Below are positions 50,631 to 64,000 of a stretch of 64,000 bases of DNA, piece by piece. The notes below the pieces were generated by a model. That model was not told the origin of the DNA, searched no databases, and saw only the letters and a list, made by a program, of their open reading frames with translations. The DNA lies in assembly GCF_009914755.1 (NCBI RefSeq), contig NC_060943.1. One strand, written 5' to 3'. Origin of the DNA: the human T2T-CHM13v2.0 reference genome, Homo sapiens. The position numbers were made by a program, and so were the translations under genes. How positions within the stretch are numbered: the first letter of the stretch is position 1; every line of letters starts with the position of its first letter.

Positions 50631-50780
50631 CTAGAGAGGGCGGAGTGGGGAGAAGAATGTTAAGAATAAATTTCAGAGTTAGGAATGATTCAGTTACAAA
50701 GTTCCTACCCCAAAGACTTGAATAAGAGAAACTCTGCCTTCCAGGATTTTGTGGGAATGCAGTGGTAGAAAGTTGCAAAA

Positions 50781-50901
50781 GGAGGCTGAGGTAGGAGAAT
50801 GGCGTGAACCCGGGAGGCGGAGGTTGCAGTGAGCCGAGAGGCACCACTGCACTCCAGCCTGGGTGACAGAGTGAGACTCCGTCTCAAAAAAAAAAAAAAA
50901 A
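50781..50901 (+). mobile_element. 5'-truncated Alu (right-arm end) with TSD aaagttgcaaaa
   Basis: TSD at 50769-50780 and 50899-50910. Confidence 0.85.
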
Positions 50902-51904
50902 GTTGCAAAATATGAAGACAGTTAAATAATTTGATGATATATACAAATGAAAAATACAGAATAACATAAGAGCGATCAAGAACACCTTTAAGAGAGGGCA
51001 GAGAAGGGATCATAGCGAGAAGCCTCTCACTAGAGGATTCTACACTGAGAATGGAGAAGAATCATCAGAAGAGAAGTCAGTCTGGGGTACTTTCAGGCGG
51101 GGGGAAGGCCAAGGTGAATGCCCACCCAGAATTTTTTTCTGCAAGCCTCGTGAGTGTGCCCACTCCATTGCCTGACCAGCTCAGCACCCCAAAAACACCT
51201 TCTAGCCAGTAGAGGGGGCCCATGAGCCCTCTTCCCTCACCAGCTATCAGGTTTTCCTCACTTCCTCGAAACACTTCAGAGCAACAAGGGATTTGGGCAG
51301 GTCAGAGTCCCCCACTCACAGAAGGCTGACCCGACTCGACTCACAAGGGAATCAGTAACTGTAGAGCCTGCCAGTTTTCCTGGTCCCTGTGCCCAGACAG
51401 CTTCAGCTGGTGAGGGCTTAGACTCTAGGTTGCCCTGAAGATCAAGGCTTTGTCTCTCCCATTCTCCCCATTCCTGGGTTTCTTCCCAAAATGACTACTG
51501 TGGGGCCAGTCACAGCACAAGGGCCAGGACCTCTACAGAGGCTGGGGTGAGGAGTGATTGAGCTAGCGATTCTTAGAGGCCTTCTGGGGCCTACTACGTA
51601 TGCTGAGACAGAAATGAGCATTCTAGAGTATAGTGACCAAGGCACATGGTAGGAGGCTGGATCGTGATTATCTTTGCTTTGAAAACCAAGGAATGAGATG
51701 CCGTAATTTATATTTTTAGAACTCCAGGTTTTATAAAGAATAGATTATGATGCATCAGTGTAGGAAAGGAGGTAGAGAAAACAAGTAGAAAGCTACTACT
51801 ATCTTCATCTAAGTGAAAATGGGCACCTGGCAGACTAGAATGTATTTGTAGAATATACCCCATCAGTATATGTAACTATTACATATCTGCAAAAAATTTA
51901 GGAA

Positions 51905-52562
51905 TGAATGGTAATCACCATTCTACTTTCTACTTCTATGAGTTCAAGATTCTTAGATCCCATATATTAGTGAGATGGGGCAGTAATTGCCTTTTTGTGC
52001 CTGACTTATCTCACTTACCATAATATCACAAATGATAGAATTTGTGTTGTCACAAATGATAGAATTTCACAAATGATAGAATTTCCTTCTCTTTAAAGGC
52101 TGAATAGTATTCTATTGCATCTATAGGCCATATTTTCTTTATCCATTCATCTGTTGATGGATACCTAGGTTGATTTCATATCTTGGCTATTGTGAATAGT
52201 GCTGCAATGAACATGGGAGTGAAAATCTCTTTGACATACTGATTTCTTCTTGCCAAGTGAAATAAGCCAGACACAGAAAGACAAATGCCAGATGATTTCA
52301 CTTATATGTAGAATCTAAAAAAGTAAAACTCAGAAGAAGAGAATAAAGTGGTGATTACTAGAAGCTGGGGAATGGCACGGGGAAAAGAGAGGGAAAGGAG
52401 AAATTTTGAGCAAAGGGTACAAAGTTTCAGGTAGACAAGAGGAACGAGTTCTGTGATGTACTGCATAGCAATGTAACTGTAGTTAATAACAGTGTGTTAT
52501 ATAGTTCAACATTTCAGAAAAAGTAGATTTTAAGTGTTCTTACCACAAAGAAAAAGTAAGTG
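51905..52562. mobile_element. L1MA-like 3' fragments in opposite orientations
   Basis: Antisense to ~52250, sense afterwards. Confidence 0.65.
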
Positions 52563-52569
52563 TTGTGGA

Positions 52570-58570
<6,001 letters not shown>

Positions 58571-58944
58571 AATGCAAACCACATATTGAGTCAAGACAGT
58601 ATTTCTGTTAATTTGGCAAATATTTGGAAGAATTTTTATTGATACTTGGAAGGAAAAAGACACCCACAATATCATAACGGATGATATTTTGTTACAGCCT
58701 TTTAGAGGATCAATTTGACTATAAGCTTTAGATTATATATATATGTTTTTGTCTAGGAGTCCTACTTTAAGAATGTCTTCTACAGAAATATTTGTGGATA
58801 TGCACATATGATATGGACATTTATCAAAGTATTGCTTAATGTTTTTTAAAAAGCTGGAAGCCTAGATTTCTGTCAACAGGAAAAGGTTAAATACAAACCA
58901 TGACACATCCATACAAAGGTATATGGCAAAAGAATAATAAATAT

Positions 58945-60015
<1,071 letters not shown>

Positions 60016-60592
60016 TAGCATACAACCTTCATTCCAAGACTCAGCATCAATTTATATGCCCAGGATACTGAACACTGATGCTGCTACACCCAGGAGAAAT
60101 GATAATGTTATGGGAGGATAGAAGGGAAGACAGATACCTAACACCATGACAAGAAGTCAGTAGATAACCGATTGGAAAACTAAGAAATAGCAGGAAATAT
60201 TAATCACTTATGACCATAGAAACAAATATCAGAAGTAGCCCCAAAGAGTAGTGGGTGGATGTCTCTGTAGAGCAGACCTCAAGAGCTGGCTGGGAGGATT
60301 GATGCTTTGCATTACAAGCTCTATGTCCCTGTGATTCTTTGGGGCTTGTATACATGCACATGTACTTCTTTGATAAAACTAAACTTAGAACTAGAATGTA
60401 TGTTTTACTTTCTCAGAGTGACAATCTCCATAGGGCCACTGGTACAAAAACTACAGATGCCTATTAATTCACCTGTTAAAAGGTAATCTCAATATCAGTT
60501 ATTTAACAAAAGCACCAAGTCCAGAAGCAGACACCAGTGTGTGAGAACCTACAGGAAAAACAGAGAATCCCGTTTATAGTAACCTATTTTTC

Positions 60593-61075
60593 TGTAGGAG
60601 ATCAGTCAGGGTGGTGGGAGAAGTTGTAGGAAAAATGCAAACTTTCTTGGAAGGCTGGGGGAGAGGGGGTTGCAAAGCTTTGGGGAAGAATGAGCTGAAG
60701 GCATGGTTCTTACCCTGGGGCAAAGGCCAAGTAGTAGGTACAGAAGAATGCAGGGAAGTTTATCTGAATAGCTTGTTTATCATGCCTCCAGAAACCTGGC
60801 CTTTCATCACCCACGCGCAGGAGTAGGGGGTGGAAGGGGCACCACCATGTGAATTGCCCACAAGTGTGTTGACTCAAGGCCTTTGTCATTAAATCTGTTC
60901 TAAATAAATGCCCGCAGTGCCAGCTTGTCAGGGCAGCAGCTGCTGACTCTTTATAGCACCCTCCTCAGTATCTGTGGGCAGCCCAGTCCCCTAGCCTGCT
61001 CTTTCACTGGATATCTGTGTCTGAGTGCATTTTTTCATTCGTTGTTCGGCCAGGGTCTGCGGGTTGGACCTGGCA
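60593..61075 (+). mobile_element. LTR22-like (HML-5/ERVK class) solo LTR
   Basis: Begins tgtaggagatcagtcagggtggtggga, ends cctggca; 6-bp TSD TTTTTC (60587-60592 and 61076-61081). Confidence 0.8.
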
Positions 61076-61240
61076 TTTTTCAACAAATTGTACTGGAAGA
61101 ACCAGTTGGGAAGAGCTTTTAATTTATTGCATACCATAAACTGAAGAAAATGTCAGTATGAGGCAACTCTACTATGGACCTAGTGAAACCAATGCTCGTC
61201 AAGCAACCTGTCCATTATCAACATAAAGTAGTATACACAC

Positions 61241-61306
61241 CTGCTTCCTCTAGCATCTCTGGTTCTTCTTGGTTTGGATCTTGGCATCCCTGGGCCTGTA
61301 CATTCC
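61241..61306 (-). CDS. NLRP13: NLRP13 exon 4, 66 nt, acidic linker repeat
   Basis: atttcag|GG ... G|gtgtgt; GNVQAQGCQDPNQEEPEMLEEA. Confidence 0.92.
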
Positions 61307-61445
61307 CTGAAATAAACAGTGATGATGAGATATGAAAATACCCCAGACTGAAAATGGGCCACAATGATAAAGACTCTCAGTAGAACCAACTCTTTCTATG
61401 GCAAACTTGAGAGTGAAGAGACTGGAGAAATCAGCATGCCCAGTT

Positions 61446-61749
61446 TATATTTTTTATTTATTTTTAAGAAATGGAGTCTCACTCTGTTGCCCACGCTAGA
61501 GTGCAGTGGTACCATCTTGGCTCACTGCAACATCTGCCTCCTGGGTTCAAGAGATTCTCCTGCCTCAGCCTCCTGAGTAGCTGGGATTACAGGCACACAC
61601 CACCAGGCCTGGCTGATTTTTGTATTTTTAGTAGAGATGGAGTTTCATCATGTTGGCAAGGCTGGTCTCAAACTCTTGACTTCAAGTGATCTGCCCACCT
61701 TGGCCTCCCAAAGTGCTGGAATTGCAGATATGAGCCGTTCTACTCAGCC
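61446..61749 (-). mobile_element. Alu
   Basis: Antisense Alu inside the triplicated cassette. Confidence 0.88.
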
Positions 61750-61916
61750 GTAAGTTATTATTTAATAAGAAATACTGGAAGAACTAGATGGAAAGAGTTT
61801 TTAATTTTTTATGTACCATAAATTCAAGAAATTTCAGCATAGGCAGCAAATGTGGACCAATGAAACGAGTGTTCCATCAAGCAACCTGTCAATTATCAAC
61901 CAAGTAATGTACACAC

Positions 61917-61985
61917 CTGTTTCTTCTTCTAGCTCGTCTAGTTCTTCTTGGTTTGGATCTTGGCATCCCTGGGTCTGCATATTCC
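61917..61985 (-). CDS. NLRP13: NLRP13 exon 3, 69 nt, acidic linker repeat
   Basis: atttcag|GG ... G|gtgtgt; GNMQTQGCQDPNQEELDELEEET. Confidence 0.93.
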
Positions 61986-62293
61986 CTGAAATAAACATTG
62001 ACGATGAGATATGAAAATACCCCAGAGTGAAAATGGGCCAGCAATAATGGAAGCCCCCAGTAGAACCAACTTTTTCTATGGCAAACGGGATTGAAGAGAC
62101 TGGAGGAATCAGTATGCCCAGTTTACAGTAAGTTATCATTTAATAAGCAATACTGAAAGAATTAGTTGGAAAGTTTTTAATTTTTTATGCACTATAAATT
62201 CAAGAAATTTCAGAGTAGGCAGCGGATGTGGACCAGTGAATGAGTGCTCCATCAAGCAACCTGTCCATTATCAACTTAAAGTAGTGTACACAC

Positions 62294-62362
62294 CTGCTGC
62301 TGCTTCTAGCATCTCTAGATCTTCCTGGGTTGGATCTTGCAGCTCTTGGGTCTGCACATTCT
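62294..62362 (-). CDS. NLRP13: NLRP13 exon 2, 69 nt, acidic linker repeat
   Basis: gtttcag|AG ... G|gtgtgt; ENVQTQELQDPTQEDLEMLEAAA. Confidence 0.92.
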
Positions 62363-64000
62363 CTGAAACAAACAGTGATGATGACATATGAGAATACCCA
62401 GACTGAAAATGGACCAGCAATAATGGAGTCTCTCAGTAGAACCAACTCCTTCTATGACAAACTGGAGTTTGAAGGTCTGATTCCTCCAGTTTTCTCAAGC
62501 TCCATTAGCCCAACTGAAGATGCAGTGTGCACTCTGGAAAGTCCACAGCACACGCTAAGCACATTCCTGCCTCAGGGCCTTGGCTCCAGCCCTCCCCGCT
62601 GCCTGGATTCCCAGACATCTGCTTAGCTCACTCTCAAGGCTCTGCTGAAATCTTACCTCCACAATGGTGCCTGATAATCCTAATCATGACTACCACCTAT
62701 ATCTTTAATAACATACCTTAGCCTCTCCCCATCTGCCTTATCCTCCGTTTGCACTTGTCACCTTTTAACACACCATGTGATTTATGCGTTATGTCTATTG
62801 CCTGTCTAGGGAGATGGCTAGTCTGTTTACGGATTCATCCCAAGTGTGTAGAACAGTACCCCACACAGAGAAGCCACTCTAATATCTTTGGAGTAGAATA
62901 CTGTAGGAATAAAAGCACCAAGAATTGGGTTCAAACCAAGTCCCTCAATTTGCTGCACATCACCACTCTGAATGTCCCCTTCCTCATGAGCTAGAAGACC
63001 TCTTCTATAACTCACAGTGGCCAAACTCACTTTACTGTGTAGTACATAGCTGCTACAGGACAATACCTTGTAAGGGATTTGCATCTAGAGATATGGCTCT
63101 AATATTTACAACTCCATTGCTTGTCACTGTTTACATGGCTTGTTCTGGTTAGCAAGCTGTGTCCTGCACTTCCTCCAGATGTTCCATGTTCCTTCAAAGA
63201 ACAAGAATCCATCATTCTACACCCATGTTAGCCTAGGCCAAATAATCCCAGCTCTCTGAAGCTCCACAGACCCTACCTGTGGAGTCTGAGCCCTACGTCC
63301 ACATATTTCAAGCTGAAGTCTGTCCTGAATTCTAACTCTCCTGGAAGCAGGGAGCCCGAGTGGGAACCTTTTCCTAGCCATAGCCCAAGCAGAGGAAAAG
63401 TAGACGATTTTCCCCTCTTCACTGGCTCTGTTTATCCAAAAGCCAACTGTTTGACATGTGGCATTCCTCTGTTGCAAACGAATCCAACGATGTGAGCCTT
63501 CCAGGTTATAGCTTTACTGTCAAGTATCAGGCATCACCATCTGGATCTTCATAGATTAAATTTAAGACTCCAATTTAGCTGGGACCACCTGTCAGAAAAG
63601 CCAGGCTATTCCAGATGAACAGCCTAGCAGGACTAGTACATGGCTGCAAAGAGAAAACAAAGGTTAAAAATTAGTAAGTTTTCACTTATTCTCCCTCATG
63701 CTTAGGGAACTTTGCAAGGACATGAAGGAATAGCGAAGAGCGGGCATATGGAAGTTCCACTGGTCACTCACCAGGCCTAGGCATTCCTCCATTCTCTGGT
63801 GAGGCGCACTTATCTGAGTATGTTTTAAATGCCAGAGGAGCATGTTTTAGGTAACCAGCCTACCCTTCCTACACCCAACATTACTCCCCCCAGGCTCCAT
63901 AGGTTTACTTAGTGGTGTCTTTATCCTAATCCTAGCAACCCCTCAATGTAGGGAAGCACCAGTGATTTACACATAATTATGCACTTAAGTCAATGTGGTC

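Larger units (their letters stand above)
61085..62480. repeat. Triplicated ~377-bp exon+intron cassette carrying NLRP13 exons 2-4
   Basis: Shared intronic motifs (tcaagcaacctgtc, gaaaatggg, agtagaaccaact); exon spacing 377 bp and 676 bp (377 plus an Alu). Confidence 0.92.

Noticed and set aside
50631-50847. N-terminal extension of the 602-aa ORF ([14 protein letters not shown]...)
   Set aside because: It starts in an antisense Alu and runs through intron; the real exon starts at the acceptor at 50630.
63277-63588. AG/GT-bounded 312-nt minus-strand segment in NLRP13 intron 1
   Set aside because: Stops in all frames and no NLR similarity; no support beyond chance splice motifs.

Overview
Human/primate genomic DNA, rich in Alu, L1 and LTR repeats, from the NLRP cluster. 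I recognise it from the encoded proteins as the human 19q13.43 NLRP4-NLRP13 locus. The + strand carries the 3' half of NLRP4: five phase-2 LRR exons, stop ending at 18925, AATAAA at 19163. The - strand carries convergent NLRP13 exons 2-11: three duplicated acidic-linker mini-exons, the 1588-nt NACHT exon and six LRR exons; PYD exon 1 lies beyond the window. Exon numbers and canonical isoforms are from my memory of the annotation, not a lookup. Main structure beyond the canonical models: (1) an intact, in-frame 162-nt LRR exon in NLRP13 intron 7; (2) an open downstream NLRP-type terminal exon (...EDKWWW*) in frame with the 5' splice site that overlaps the canonical NLRP13 stop; (3) a ~350-bp inverted duplication bracketing NLRP13 exons 6-7; (4) a ~400-bp inverted duplication shared by the NLRP4 last intron and NLRP13 intron 6; (5) a candidate 28-nt NLRP4 microexon and a tandemly duplicated NLRP4 donor; (6) twin aberrant MADE1 elements. 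Almost all short ORFs in the track are repeat-derived noise.
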